In this document: one piece after another, positions 20,195 to 33,784 of the stretch
Layout: each line of letters begins with the position of its first letter
How positions within the stretch are numbered: position 1 is the first letter of the stretch
Assembly (NCBI GenBank): GCA_963693365.1
Contig: CAVNZM010000013.1
Location: 3,252,722 to 3,316,721, forward strand
Direction: 5' to 3'
Origin: Amoebidium appalachense
Lineage: Eukaryota > Protista > Ichthyosporea
DNA: 64,000 nucleotides
The notes under the pieces: generated by a model
What the model was told of the DNA's origin: nothing
Database searches by the model: none
The model's input: the letters and a program-made list of their open reading frames with translations, nothing else
Position numbers and translations under genes: made by a program

Positions 20195-20474
20195 AAAAAA
20201 CACTAAAGCCTGACACCATCAGACCCCATCCCCCCCCCCAACCCCCTTACCCCCCTTCCCCCTTCGTTTTTGGGACCATACCCTGCCGTGGTAAACACAT
20301 TTCTTCCATACTCCGAATCACCCCCGTCCCTCCCTCCAACCGGCAGTTCCGAGTCACCTTTCTCTTCGCTCGCTTTCCCGCGGCCTACCACGAGCCTAAA
20401 ACACGCACCACAGACCATTTTGTTTTATTTGGAAATCGAGGGGGGTGAGGGGGGGAGGAGGTTGGGGACACCAT

Positions 20475-20511
<37 letters not shown>

Positions 20512-21282
20512 GGGGGGAGGGGAGAAGGGAGGGTGGGAGGGGGGAAGGGGGGGGGGAGGGGGGGGAAGGTGGGGGGGGGGGGGGGGGGGGGGGAGGGGGA
20601 AGTTTGATCGGGCGGAGCCCTGTAGATATGTGATGGTTGTGAGTGGTTGGCAAGCTAGGACTTGTGCACATTCTCGGTATTATTCGGTGCATGTTCTTTA
20701 GTAATGCCTTAAAAGGGCCTTGCACTAATATGGACAAAACCAACTATGCGCTAGCAGTCACCCAAGTAGCCGCTGATCAGGGGAGTGAACACTGTCACCA
20801 TATTTAATTCCACTTCATAAATTTGAAGTCAAGTATCTTAGAAATTTCCACACAGACCTATAGGGTTACTTTGGGCCAAAGGAGAATTTAAGCTGTTTTC
20901 GTCTGTGGGGAATGGAGGACTGAGACGAGACATTGGGTAGAAGTTGGTACTACTAGAGAAGAAGGGGTGGAGGACCCCATCCGGTGGTAGGAAACACAGG
21001 GTCGCCCAGCATACACAGTGAAGAAGACGACAGCCCCCGCTCACCTCTATCAATATGAAGGCCATCAGTGCTCAACCTTTTCCACGCCTCTTTACGTGCT
21101 CTCAGCACCGTTAGTAAGTATCTTCCTTGACGACAGACAATTAACTCACTGACAGCACGTGGCTTGGGGTTGATTCTGCATCACTCTCCTTAATTATATT
21201 GCTCCCCCCTCCTCCCCCCCCCCCCCCCCCCACACACACACACCCCACCCCTCCCACTCCTCCTCGATCCTCTTTTCATTCA

Positions 21283-21323
<41 letters not shown>

Positions 21324-21369
21324 GTGTGTGCGTGTGTGCGTGTGTGTGTGTGCGCGCGTGTGCGTGTGT

Positions 21370-21412
<43 letters not shown>

Positions 21413-22870
21413 CGCGCGTGTGTGTGCGTGTGTGTGTGTGTGCGTGTGTTTGAGGGGGGATGGCTGGGGGGGGGGGGGGGGGGGGGGGGAGGGGGGCCAC
21501 GGTATTTGAGTGTGTGTATTAGACACGAACAAAGGTGTAAAAGTTTATGCGACTGACCACCAAGGTTGGACAACATGTTCATGGGTTGGCTGGACTGTTC
21601 AACACTGTTAACCTCACCTGTTTACTCTTGCATTATGACTTTTTCTTTTTAATAAAGCCAACGTAACTGAGGTCTCAATAGTGTTCGTTTTCTGCAACAT
21701 CATCTTTTGTGGGGTGAGTTCAGAGACTTTTCAACATCATACTCGCTGAAAAGACTGAAGACTCCAAAGAGCTTGAACCACTTTGCCGAAACAAATAGTT
21801 CACCTGGCAGTTCATATGATTTCATCATATCAACAGTTCGCCCAAGAGACCCTAAGGAAACAACGGACAACATAAGAGTATGTCTTTGGAGTGTGTGATT
21901 GTGGGACAGACCCGTCACCTAACAACAAGGGAACCACAAAATCTGTACGGTAAAGCGCTTTTGGCTGTTCAAATGTACATGGGAAAGCCAAATTTTGGTA
22001 CGAGAGGGAAAGGGAACATGGGGGGGGGGGGGGGGGGGGAGGGAGGGGCGGGAGCTTTTGAGTTTAAAAGATCCAATAGATGCGGAAAAAAAGTTGTTTG
22101 TGGGTGTGGCACCACAGGCGGGCAACATGTTCATTGGGTGGATAAATTATAAAAGTCCAACGTGGTCTACCCTTACCTGGAAAATTGCTCTTTTGCCTAA
22201 TGACCTTTTAAAAAAAAAAGAAGAAAATTATACCGTTATATCTGTGATATCTTGGTTGTTTTTATTTTCAAAAGAATATCAACAAAACCAATTTTTTTTA
22301 ATGAAAAAAAAGGAAAAATTCAACAATTTCAGATAATCCCGGATATTAATGTCTATTGACTGTATTTGTCAAATCATCGTATGTTTAACGAGTTTTCTCA
22401 AGTGTATTATTATTTAGGTCATTACTTGCTCCATATTTGAGAGCCTCCTAATATTGTATCATCTCACTAAGATTCTGTAATATCTCACTTGCTTCTTTTT
22501 ATGAGAACATCAATAAAGTCATTATATATATTCAACCGGAGTCTCAATCAAAGTACTATCTTCAGCCTCTTATCTTGGGCAACTGAAGGGACTCTTTTCC
22601 AACACGTCATACTCGAGAAAAGAGATGGAGGACTGACCCACTCTGCCGAATCATGTTCCGTACCTGGAAACGTTCACGCAATGGACAGGTCACCCAAGAA
22701 ACCCCAATAAAACCGAAAAACACTTAGGGATGTCCTTTAAAGTGCGATTGTGGGACAGATCGGATCCAACAAGTTGTCACTGGCACCGAAATCTGTATGG
22801 TAAAATGCTTTCGGCTAATCAATCTGATAAGGGAAAGCAAGACTTTCACAGTCAATAGTCTAAGCTTTGA
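19620..22870 (-). pseudogene. Three degenerate tandem copies of an unidentified coding-like segment
   Basis: About 19620-20110, 21500-22010 and 22070-22870 share minus-strand peptide motifs (LFHWGSLGD / LFP*GLLGE / FYWGFLGD; PELAPQKM / SELTPQKM; PMNTL / PMNML) with many stops and frameshifts. Confidence 0.5.
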
Positions 22871-22871
22871 A

Positions 22872-22904
<33 letters not shown>

Positions 22905-23042
22905 GGGGGGAGGGGGGGGGGAATTAAACACACACACACACACACACCACCACCAACCACCACCAACATCGAAGCACGTCCTCCCTTAGTAAACTCATTT
23001 CTTCCACACGTATTGGAGCCCCACTCCTGCTCCCCCCCCCCC

Positions 23043-23073
<31 letters not shown>

Positions 23074-23794
23074 GTAGTGGAGCCCCACTTCCCCTTCCCC
23101 CCTCCCCCCTCCTGCCCCCCTCCATCCCCCCTCCCCTTGCATTCCACAGCCACCTTTCGCTTTACCCTCTTTCAGCCACCATGAGCCTTTAGCCTTTAAT
23201 TACTGCCACCTACTATCTCGTCGTTTCCCCTGAAATAGAAAATTGGAGGGATGGGGAGAGGGGGAGGAGGGGAGGAGCAGTGGTGGTGGTGGTGGTGGTG
23301 GTGGTTGGGCAGGCGACGGGCAGGGAGGGGGGGGGGGGGGGAGGGAGGGGAGGAGGGAGGGGGGAGAGGGGAGGAGGGGGAGGGGGAGGGAGGGGAGGGG
23401 GGAAGGGGGGGGGGGGGGGAGAGAGAGAGGAAGGGGGAGAGGGGGGGGGGGGTAAGGGATGTGATGGGTCCCCGTCTTCCCCTGAGACTGCCCCTTGCTT
23501 GCTTCCTTCTTTGGTTGTGGTGCCGCCCTCTCTTCCACTACCTTCTTCTTCCCCCCTCCCCGCCCCCACCCCTGCCCCCCTCCCCCTGCTCCCTCCCCCC
23601 CCCTCCGGCAACCAAATCCCAGATCCCAAAACGCACGTGTTTCCCCGTCTCCCCCACCCCCCCCCCCCCCCCCCCGCCACCGCTGCGGCCGCCGCCTCCA
23701 CCACCTCCCTCTCCCCCAATCCCCCATCCCCGATCCCGGTATCTCAACCCCCCCCCCCCCCCCAAAAAAAAAAAACACGGCGAAATTGTTTCAG

Positions 23795-24100
23795 GTAAGA
23801 ATGCTCTCATTTCAGCCGCCGTTACCGTTGACGCCGACATCACCAAGGGCGAGATGCTCTTTTCCCGCAACTCCCCACGTGCATTCAACCTGCAGCAGGC
23901 CTGCCGCAGCTATTCGCCGGTTGTCACAGACGCGTTTGCCGCGACGTGAAATGCGCCGTGGAGTACGGGACCATGTGCGAGGTATTTGCCAAAAATAGAG
24001 CCAGCAAGGTGTGCGTGTCGATCGTGAAGAACATTCCAGACCGTTGGTGCATGGCAACGGGCTGCTCGGAGGTGTATGCGCACATGTGCCAATGGGAAAT
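23795..24100 (+). CDS. Exon encoding two tandem Cys-rich modules (likely secreted protein), interrupted by a 1-nt frameshift
   Basis: Adding one T at 23935-23937 gives CRSYSPVVTDAFCRDVKCAVEYGTMC and CVSIVKNIPDRWCMATGCSEVYAHMC, both fitting C-x-S-x6-D-x-[FW]-C-x4-C-x3-Y-x3-C. GC3-rich codons; AG acceptors at 23794 and 23815. Gene ends not defined. Confidence 0.6.
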
Positions 24101-24664
24101 GCAATGCTTAGAACTATATTTGGTAATCATTGGTGCCCTACTGTTAAGTATTACTAGAGCCAGCAATGACGTATTCTTCTATCGGCCATTCACACTCAAG
24201 AGTATTTGTTTTTTTTCTCCCTGTTTTTCTTTGCAGGGAGGTAACAAAAGGGTGGGTTGGTGGGTGGGTGGGTGGGCGCGTGGGTGGGTGGGTGGGTGGG
24301 TGGGTGGGTGGGTGGGTGGGGGGGGGGGGGGGGGGGGGGAGGGGGGAGGTAATATGTTTTTCCTACCGGCTAGCGTTTGCCAGATTTGGTAATGTGTGCA
24401 TTATCACGGGTACTGTTTAGCAAGTTAATATTAAGTCAAAGGTTAAGGGGTTTCTAGGACTGTTGTAATATGGTGATGAATATCGATTGCTGTTGGAGCA
24501 CCGGTAAAACAAACGAAAATAAATAGCACACAGTTGACCGTTTGTGGTTGCTTGCATCCACCAACCTGAATTGCGGGTATTGCTGTTCCAAAAAGACGTA
24601 TTCTGAGCTAGAAATCTGTGATTGTGTTCTGAGGTGGCCCCTGTGTGTCTATTAATGTTCTTTC

Positions 24665-25005
24665 AGTGGCCCAGTATCTATATATGTGTGTGTGCTCTCA
24701 GCTCGGTATCGATATTCGTATTCTTGCCCAGTATCCGATTGTATATTCGTACTCTAGTCCAACACCTAATCGTATTCCTAGCCCAACACATAGCCCAACA
24801 TCTACATTCGTATTCCTAGTCCAAGAGCGAAAATATTATGATTACCTCACTGACAAAATATAGTATATTTGCGCTCCTATCATAACAATTATTAATAATG
24901 CTGGTATTTTCTACACGGCTGAATAATCTATATTCGTATTATTAGCCCAAAGCCTTATTTCAAGGTCGGCCTCGAACCTATAGCCGTATTCCTTGCTCAG
25001 TAATC
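24665..25005 (+). repeat. Degenerate minisatellite with TATTCGTATTCCTAGCCCAA-like core
   Basis: Repeated (T)ATTCGTA(T)T..TAG(C/T)CCAA units at irregular spacing of roughly 25-40 bp. Confidence 0.55.
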
Positions 25006-25089
25006 TATTCACATTCAATGGCCGCTGTCCCAGAACCTACCCTTGTTTTTTTTTAGCCCATCATCGGCGGCCGGTATAGTTGCTAAGTT

Positions 25090-26928
25090 TGTTGGAGTGC
25101 AGACTTACGCTCACTCCACAATATGTGTATGTTAGCTTTACAATTGGTTCCGTGTACACAGACACACGCTGACACTCGATCACCACATGCACATCTGCAT
25201 AGTTGAGGAATGTTGCCAATTGTGTTTTGACTGCAAACGATTGGTTCACTGGTCCCAGAGATCTCTAAATGAAAGTAACCAATCCGATTAGCACCTGGCA
25301 TCCGGATTACATTCCAGACTGCTGCCCCACGGGTATATAAGCCACGTCTCTGCCAGGTGCAGTCATGGAGTTCAGTCATGGAGTTCAGAAATGGAGTTCA
25401 GTCATGGAGTTCAGTCATGGAGTTAAGTCATGGAGTTAAGTCATGGAGTTCAGTCATGGAGTTAACACACTGAAAGCAGTAAAAAACGGGTCAGCGCCCA
25501 AGCGCGCCACGACGACCCTAGTCACAGCGGACTCTACTTCCAACAGGGTTATGGGCCCAGACACGACACCGCGGCCTCTAACTTCATTAGAGACTTTCGC
25601 TTCCACAAACTCCATCCGCAGCAGCCTGCGACATCAACGTCAAGTATTCCACTTCATTGGCGGGGCACGCACCACAGTGGAATGCACACCCCGGTCTACC
25701 CTGCAAGCAGCCACACTCACTCTCTCTTCTCTAGTGGTGTGTACACTTCTCCAATTGGGTAGGGGTGTTGGAGTGCAGACTTACGCTCACTCCACTATAT
25801 GTGTATGTTAGCTTTACAATTGGTTCCGTGTACATAGACACATGCTGACACTCGATCACCACATGCACATCTGCATAGTTGAGGAATGTTGCCAATTGTG
25901 TTTTGACTGCAAACGATTGGTTCACTGGTCCCAGAGATATCTAAATGAAAGTAACCAATCCGATTAGCGCCTGGCATCCGGATTACATTCCAGACTGCTG
26001 CCCCACGGGTATATAAGCCACGTCTCTGCCAGGTGCAGACATGGAGTTAAGTCATGGAGTTAAGTCATGGAGTTCAGTCATGGAGTTAACACACTGAAAG
26101 CAGTAAAAAACGGGTCAGCGCCCAAGCGCGCCACGACGACCCTAGTCACAGCGGACTCTACTTCCAACAGGGTTATGGGCCCAGACACGACACCGCGGCC
26201 TCTAACTTCACGTCCCCTACGACGCCTTGAACGGAGGAGCCCAGAAACCGACTTCTAGGCTGTACCCTACACCCGCGAGCGTATTTCCGTGAAGTAGAGA
26301 CTTTCGCTTCCACAAACTCCATCCGCAGCAGCCTGCGACATCAACGTCAAGTATTCCACTTCATTGGCGGGGCACGCACCACAGTGGAATGCACACCCCG
26401 GTCTACCCTGCAAGCAGCCACACTCACTCTCTCTTCTCTAGTGGTGTGTACACTTCTCCAATTGGGTAGGGGTGTTGGAGTGCAGACTTACGCTCACTCC
26501 ACAATATGTGTATGTTAGCTTTACAATTGGTTCCGTGTACACAGACACACGCTGACACTCGATCACCACATGCACATCTGCATAGTTGAGGAATGTTGCC
26601 AATTGTGTTTTGACTGCAAACGATTGGTTCACTGGTCCCAGAGATCTCTAAATGAAAGTAACCAATCCGATTAGCACCTGGCATCCGGATTACATTCCAG
26701 ACTGCTGCCCCACGGGTATATAAGCCACGTCTCTGCCAGGTGCAGTCATGGAGTTCAGTCATGGAGTTCAGACATGGAGTTCAGTCATGGAGTTCAGTCA
26801 TGGAGTTAAGTCATGGAGTTAAGTCATGGAGTTCAGTCATGGAGTTAACACACTGAAAGCAGTAAAAAACGGGTCAGCGCCCAAGCGCGCCACGACGACC
26901 CTAGTCACAGCGGACTCTACTTCCAACA
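25090..26928 (+). mobile_element. Tandem-array TRIM (non-autonomous Copia-type LTR retrotransposon) with three LTRs
   Basis: LTRs 25090-25545, 25766-26169 and 26473-26928 are each bounded by TGTTGGA...TCCAACA. PBS GGTTATGGGCCCAG follows LTR1 and LTR2, purine tract GGGTAGGGG precedes LTR2 and LTR3, and there is a 5-bp TSD AAGTT (25085-25089, 26929-26933). No coding capacity. Confidence 0.92.
25361..25464 (+). repeat. 13-bp tandem repeat AGTCATGGAGTT(C/A) inside the LTR, downstream of CCAAT and TATATAA boxes
   Basis: 8 units in LTR1 and LTR3 and 4 units in LTR2, which accounts for the 456 vs 404 bp LTR lengths. Confidence 0.9.
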
Positions 26929-27002
26929 AAGTTTGGGTTGTGTGCCCGTGTCTGCTTTTAAAGCTTCAAATTAGGCATGTCATTTATCTCCCCACCACTG
27001 GC

Positions 27003-27043
<41 letters not shown>

Positions 27044-27072
27044 CCCCCGTTCACACACACACAAATGACTCC

Positions 27073-27103
<31 letters not shown>

Positions 27104-27486
27104 GTCTCCCTCCCTCCGCCCCTTCCCCCCCCCCCTCCCAACCCGTCTCCCTCCCTCCGCCCCTCCCCCCCACCCCCACCCCCCCCCACCCCCCCCCACC
27201 CCCCCGCATACACACACACAAACACAAACAACCCCCCCTCCCCCGTCTCCCCCCCCCCACACCCACACCACCACAGTGAAATCAATGCCATAATATCCAG
27301 ATACTCTGCCCCCCCCCCCCCCCCCCCCCCTTTTAGAGCTCCCCCCTCCCCCCCCCCCCCCCCCCCCCCGTCGGTCCCGCACTCGTTATCTCCCTTTCAC
27401 CCAGGCTCTGCTTTTCTGCTCACTTACTTCTGTTTCCCTCCCTCCCTCTCTCCTTCCCTCACTCTCCCTTTCTCCCTTTCCCCTTT

Positions 27487-27518
<32 letters not shown>

Positions 27519-27768
27519 CCCCCCCCCCCCCCCCCCCCACCTCCCCCCCACCCCTGTGCGCCCCCCAACCCCCCCCCACCCCCACCCTTTTCTTTCCACG
27601 TGTATGTATGTGTCAGTCTCTCGACCCTCGTCCCTCCCCTCTCCTCCTGCCCGCCCCCTCCCCTCCTTCCCACTCAACCTTCTCGTATAAATCTTATAGA
27701 ATGTGATTCAACTGCACTCCAGCTGTAAAGTCGGAGGATAAGACTGGATCCAAAACTGGTGTGTGGTC

Positions 27769-27833
<65 letters not shown>

Positions 27834-29513
27834 TGTTTGGATTGGGCTGGGCTGGGCCGGGCTGGGCCAGGCCGGGGGGAGGGGGGGAGGGTTCACTTCT
27901 CTATTGCTAGGCTCCCGGTCTGTCCGTCGGATAAAACAATGAATTGAATGGAGAGGAAGGGTAAGCGACACCACACTTATGCTAAATATGGATAAATAGG
28001 GTATAGTGGACATATTATTGGACACCACACCCTACACTCCATCAGCGTAGATGAACCAATGAGAGCCCGTGCTTAAAGTTTATATAGTTATTAGTAGGTT
28101 TTGGGTGAACGGGAAAGCTGGTGCTACCCACGCCCGAGGCAGTGGTGAAACTCTGGGCTAAGTGTGTGCGAATAGTTAGGATTGGTAACGGTGTGTAAGT
28201 TCGCTTAGCTGATGGCACCTTAGCAACCTAGCTAGAAGTATAGTCGGTGTTGGGTGGGAGACGGTAGTTCCTCTGAGGGTCCTGAGGGTCCCTCCGGTAA
28301 CAAAACGGGATGAAAGTTTGGGGAAAAAAGGACATATTGTTGGATAGATTGGATAGATAGAAAATATTTATCGCAAGTCACGTGAACATTTGGTCACAGT
28401 AGCAATAATACTCACAGTGGCTAATATGTAGCTTTGGTATTTTCAAATGGTTTCCATAGACTTGATAGCCGGAAGAACCGCTCTGTGCGACTAAATAAGG
28501 ATGAAGTTATAAGAATCAATATTGAAGGGGAAAATGATAAAAGAAAATATGCAAACCTGTTCGAGAATGCGTAGCCGGCTGGTGACAAGTAGCATTTAGT
28601 CCGAATGTCCTTTGCCATGTTGATAGTTGTTCATCCAGTGATGCAATAGCCCCAGCCCCCCTCCCCCCTCCCCCCCCCCCCCCTCCCCCCCCCCCCCCCC
28701 CCTCCGCCCCCTCCTCCTCCCCCTTCTCCCTCTTTCCCGCTTCCTCCGGGCCCTGCTGAGGACTCTACCGTAATTGAGTGAGAACCTGCTCAGCCAGCCC
28801 CTCCTTCCCCCCCTCCCCCCCCTCCCCCCCCCCCCCCCCCCCCACGCCACCGGCTTACCCTTCCCCTTGTGTGAGCAGTTCCGTTATTGTGAGGCAACTT
28901 GTATCCTTTTTTCTTCAGAACGCACTGCATGCCGGTGCAGGTGTATGCAACGGTGTGTGTACGTGAGGACTGGGAAGCCTGAAATGTGGTTTTCAAATTT
29001 ATCCGAGGGTTTGTTTTTCGGCCTATGAGCGCAGACGTTGCCACCTTATTCAGGCAAGTTATCATTGCGCCTTTACAATCACTCTAAGAAGCGGGCACAG
29101 TTAAAAAAAAATATCACAGCAGATAGACTGGGTAAAAAAAAGAACCACTGGGAAGAGATGCGCAAGCCTACAAATTGGCGATATTCAGAGGCTATGGCTA
29201 CAGGGATTCTTCAAAAAAAGTTTGAACCAGAAGGGGAGGGAGGGAAGGGGGGGGGGGGGGGGGGGGGGGCTCGGAGGGGTGGGAGGGGGTTTGGGGGATG
29301 AGTGTGTGTGTGTTGGGGGGGGGGGGGGGGGGGGGGGGATTGGGTGATGAGTTGCCTCCTTTTTAGTTATTCTTCTGATTCATTTTGATATCCTTCTTTC
29401 TTTTCTTTCCATTCCATCCCTTTCCCCTTTTTGAAGTTCTCTTCTGATTCATTTCTATTTGAGTTCATTCATTAATTTTTTATTGTTATTATTTTTTTTT
29501 GTCCCCCCCCCCT

Positions 29514-29544
<31 letters not shown>

Positions 29545-29733
29545 ATTCTTGCTGTGCCGGGCCCCCTCCCACGTACACACACACTGTGGACCCACCCTAC
29601 CTCTCTCTAGCGCCCTAGCTAGGGCTTCTCACGTGGATACCGGTAGGGCCGTATGCAGGTTATGTACATATGTGTTGCTCACTCTCGACAGAGACACAAG
29701 TGAAGCACAAGGGTTAGCGCGCGCACACACACA

Positions 29734-29814
<81 letters not shown>

Positions 29815-29974
29815 CACACGCGCGCGCGCACACACACACACACACGAACGCATACATTAGCGAGCACACATGTACACACATTTTGAGACACACACACACT
29901 CACAGACACACACAGACACATACACACAGGCACAACAGTGACATACATACATACATACATACATTTACACACAT

Positions 29975-30067
<93 letters not shown>

Positions 30068-30641
30068 CATGTACCTCTTATTGGTAAAATTATTATCATC
30101 ACATCACCGGGATGTGCAGAACACATATACACACACTGCCTGCATGCACATACAACACAGTCATGTGTGCACATAGATACGTCAAATACACACATTCACA
30201 GCGTCACACCAGATACACTAAGGGCCTGTTTGGCAGCACCCCAATAATCGTATTCGTATTTAGGCCCTAAATACGATCTACCGTATCTACAAAATTTATC
30301 GTGGTATGCGTATTTAGGGCCTAAATACGGTTGGTGCCTTCCAAACGCTGTCAGGCGTGACTGGTCACATAAAATGTCGATACATGGTTCACTAGATCTG
30401 ATTGGCCCTATTCGCACCCATTGATCATCCTTCGGTATTCCATGCATATAGACTGGTGCAGCTGTAGTCAGTATTACAGCGAACGGCAAAAACGAGTCAC
30501 CGACAGTGAGTCTTGCTCTGTTTAACAATATTAATAGGTTAGAATGTCTGTTATTGAAGGGATACTGCCAGTTATTGCGGTGGCTAGCCTTGCTAGAGAC
30601 CTCGTCACCAACGTTCGTCCCTGGCATTCCCCACATATCTG

Positions 30642-31696
30642 CAGGGTTCGAAGTTACGAAAAAAAAATCGGAATTTCCGATATTTGAAAACACAGTTCCG
30701 AAAATCGTCCCGGCCGAATCGGAACGCCCGAGAGCCCCCCCCCTCCCCCCCCCCCCCCCCCCCCCCCCCCCGGGGGGGAAGCTTCTCATGACTTCGCAGG
30801 TCTCATCATACACGGGGCATATACCACCCACACAAGCTGCACACGTACGTACGTGTCTCCCTGTCCCTGTAGAATGTTCAATGGCAGACCCTGACTGCAG
30901 CGCCAGCCTAGCACATGTATGTACATGTTGTCACACCAAACTGATTTATGCACGCACCCACGCGCGCGCGCGCACACACACACCCATACACACACACACA
31001 CATTCACACACACACAGCCGTGACACCACATATGCATCATAGCCATGCATGGCCACATGAACATACAATGCATATGCCTGCGCATGTATATATATAGGCC
31101 GGCCTCCACTTCAAAACTTCCCCCCCCCCAGAAATCGAACCCCATTCCCCCCTCATCCGCTGCCCACCGCTCCCTCCAACAGTGCTGCCCCTCCTTCTCC
31201 CCACCGCCGCTCCGGCCTCACCCCCCCCCCCCCCCCCCCCCCCTCTCAGGCGGATCCCCCCCCCCCCCCTACTAGTACCTCCCCCCCCCCCCCTTCCCCC
31301 CCAGGAAGGCCCTAAACATGGAATGGATCTAGATGCTCAGAGTCGACGGCCACCAGGTGCAGGTGCCACGTGTATCACGACCCCAGTGGCACGCGTCTTA
31401 AATGGCAGGCAATACACACACTGTGCACCACTGTGTTCCGTTCAAAAACACACATGCACATACATACACAGCCGTGACACCACACATGTGACCTAGGCTA
31501 GTACACGTGCACAGGCACATACTATCTCAGATCATGATAACTGTATTACAAACGTGCACATGCATCCACCCTGTACAATCACATGCTATGCACCCACCCA
31601 CCCACACACACACAAGCAAACACACACACACACACACACACACTTACACTGCACACACACACCATGTACACGGCGCACGCACACACACCCCGTGGC

Positions 31697-31731
<35 letters not shown>

Positions 31732-33784
31732 CACAAGAAACCGTTGGTACAAACACCTACACCCACACTGGCATGTACACACACATACACAAACACGCAC
31801 ACCCTGCATACATACACACCACACTGCACACACACACACATACATACACCGTACACTACATATTACATACACACACACCATAACCGTTGACACAAAACAC
31901 ACACACACATGCACACAATTTCATGCACACACACACACACAAACACACACACATACACACACACACACACGTGCACATGTACGCACATATGCACACAACA
32001 TAGACACACACACACCGATTACCGCTGACACAAAGTGGCACACACCCACACCTGTACACATACACACAGACACACGCACCGTGCATACATACCCACCACA
32101 CACACACACACACAATTGCAAAGAAAAATACTCACACACACACAAACACAAACACAACCACCCAGCGTAATTTTCTTTCCCCCTCCCCTCCCCCCTCCCC
32201 CCCCCCCCCCAAACATTCGATTTCTGCCTGAGCTTCCCATGTTGCTGCCTCAACTCACCCCCCCCCCCCCCCCCCCCCTCCCTAGGCCTCCCCTCCCCTC
32301 CCCCAGAATTTTTAAATAATACCAAGGGACACTACTTGACGGTTACTAGGTGCTGGTGTTTTGTCAGAGATCCAACTTATTTGAAAGGGTTGGCAACATA
32401 CTGTAACATTGTGCACCCTGTTCCAGTCAAAAGCCAGGAAATCTGCCAGAGCCTTCTTTTGGGCTGCTGCCTCGGCCACCTGGGCCTTTTCCAGCTGCTC
32501 CTTGGCCCCTTCTACAGTCAACCCTTTCAGTTTGCCCTCTCTAACAGTCTTAGCCATTTCTTTCTGAAACTTAAGCATGCAGCTTTCACGTGCTTCACAT
32601 CTGCCTCTATATCCGGCCCATTCATGGCTATCATGAGCTGATTGTGCACTGTCTGTGTTGTCATACGTGCTTCAAGTGAGAGAAGTCTTAATGATATTCA
32701 CACCAGAGAAGCCACGTTCACTTGTTGCATTACTAATTGGGATTATTTTCACAATGTTAACCAACTCAAGTACAGCAGCACAATATGATTGCAAAGTTTC
32801 TATCTTACCGAGATCGGCCCATGCCTCGTTCAGAGACCTATATCCAACAGGTACATTTTCTACTTTAACCTCAAGGAGATGCCGGTGCTCAAAGATAATT
32901 TGTTTGGCACGTGGCCACTGATCTATCACATCTTCGGCGGCAATTGGGGGTATATAATTCGTTCCGCCCACTGTTTTAACAGACCCATAGAACCCAGCGA
33001 GCACTCTAATCTTGTCGTTTCTGTATGCTTCGAGGCTGCTTTTGGTAATGGGGAACTTCGATGGAACAAACACGTCCATAGCCTCAGTGCACTCGTCCGA
33101 GGGGAATCGGTTTTGCAAGCACTCATTGATAACTTGCACGTATTTGTACATGTGATCCGAGACAATCGAGTAAACATCCTGCATCGTTTGCATGGGAGGT
33201 ATGTGCATCGGGTGTTCTTTGTACACTACTTTGTTTTGGCAAATGGTAGCCTTGCAAAACGTCATAAGGTTGGCACCCCCCTCCGTTCCGTACGTGGTAT
33301 TGCGACCAAAATACTGTTCTTCGAGCGTCAAATAAAAGGAAATGCGTGCACTGGGAAAAAATAAGGCCACGGACACAGTGACACACACAGGAACTAGATA
33401 CATATGCACACATAGTATATATCCTCATATACACTGGCACTGCCGCACATATGTGTAAGAGGACGTGACCGTACGTATATACGTAGACAAAATGTATATA
33501 TATATATTGTGCATTAATGCACTTCATATTTCCCTTTTATGCCTTCAAAGCTTCAACTGCCAACACCAGGAAGGCCTCTAATAACCACAGGGGTTTTTGA
33601 GTATATGCATTATAATTACATTTTGATGCAATATAGGCACAAATAAGCATGCCCTAGTTTACTGATGCGCGACGATTACGATTTTTGGTGGGCCTGCTCC
33701 GACGGAGCATTCCGATTTTCGAAGAGGTTTTCCGAAACGGGATTTCGACTTCCGTTAATGGGCTCCACCGTCCTTCGAACCCTG
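30642..33784 (-). mobile_element. hAT DNA transposon (internally deleted) nested in the Harbinger-type element
   Basis: 12-bp TIR CAGGGTTCGAAG / CTTCGAACCCTG, perfect 8-bp TSD CATATCTG (30634-30641, 33785-33792), CCGA-rich subterminal repeats and a transposase remnant inside. Confidence 0.92.
32312..33330 (-). pseudogene. hAT transposase C-terminal remnant (ZNF862-like dimerization domain)
   Basis: IIPISNATSERGFSGVNIIKTSL is the hAT dimerization motif, followed after a frameshift by HNQLMIAMNGP. There is no room for the N-terminal catalytic region before the TIR. Confidence 0.85.

Noticed and set aside
25361-25464. 13-bp repeat array as a CRISPR-like array
   Set aside because: No spacers; it is a tandem repeat inside an LTR.
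27724-28302. Possible solo LTR (CCAAT, TATA, ends ..TAACA)
   Set aside because: No convincing terminal inverted repeat, TSD or second copy.
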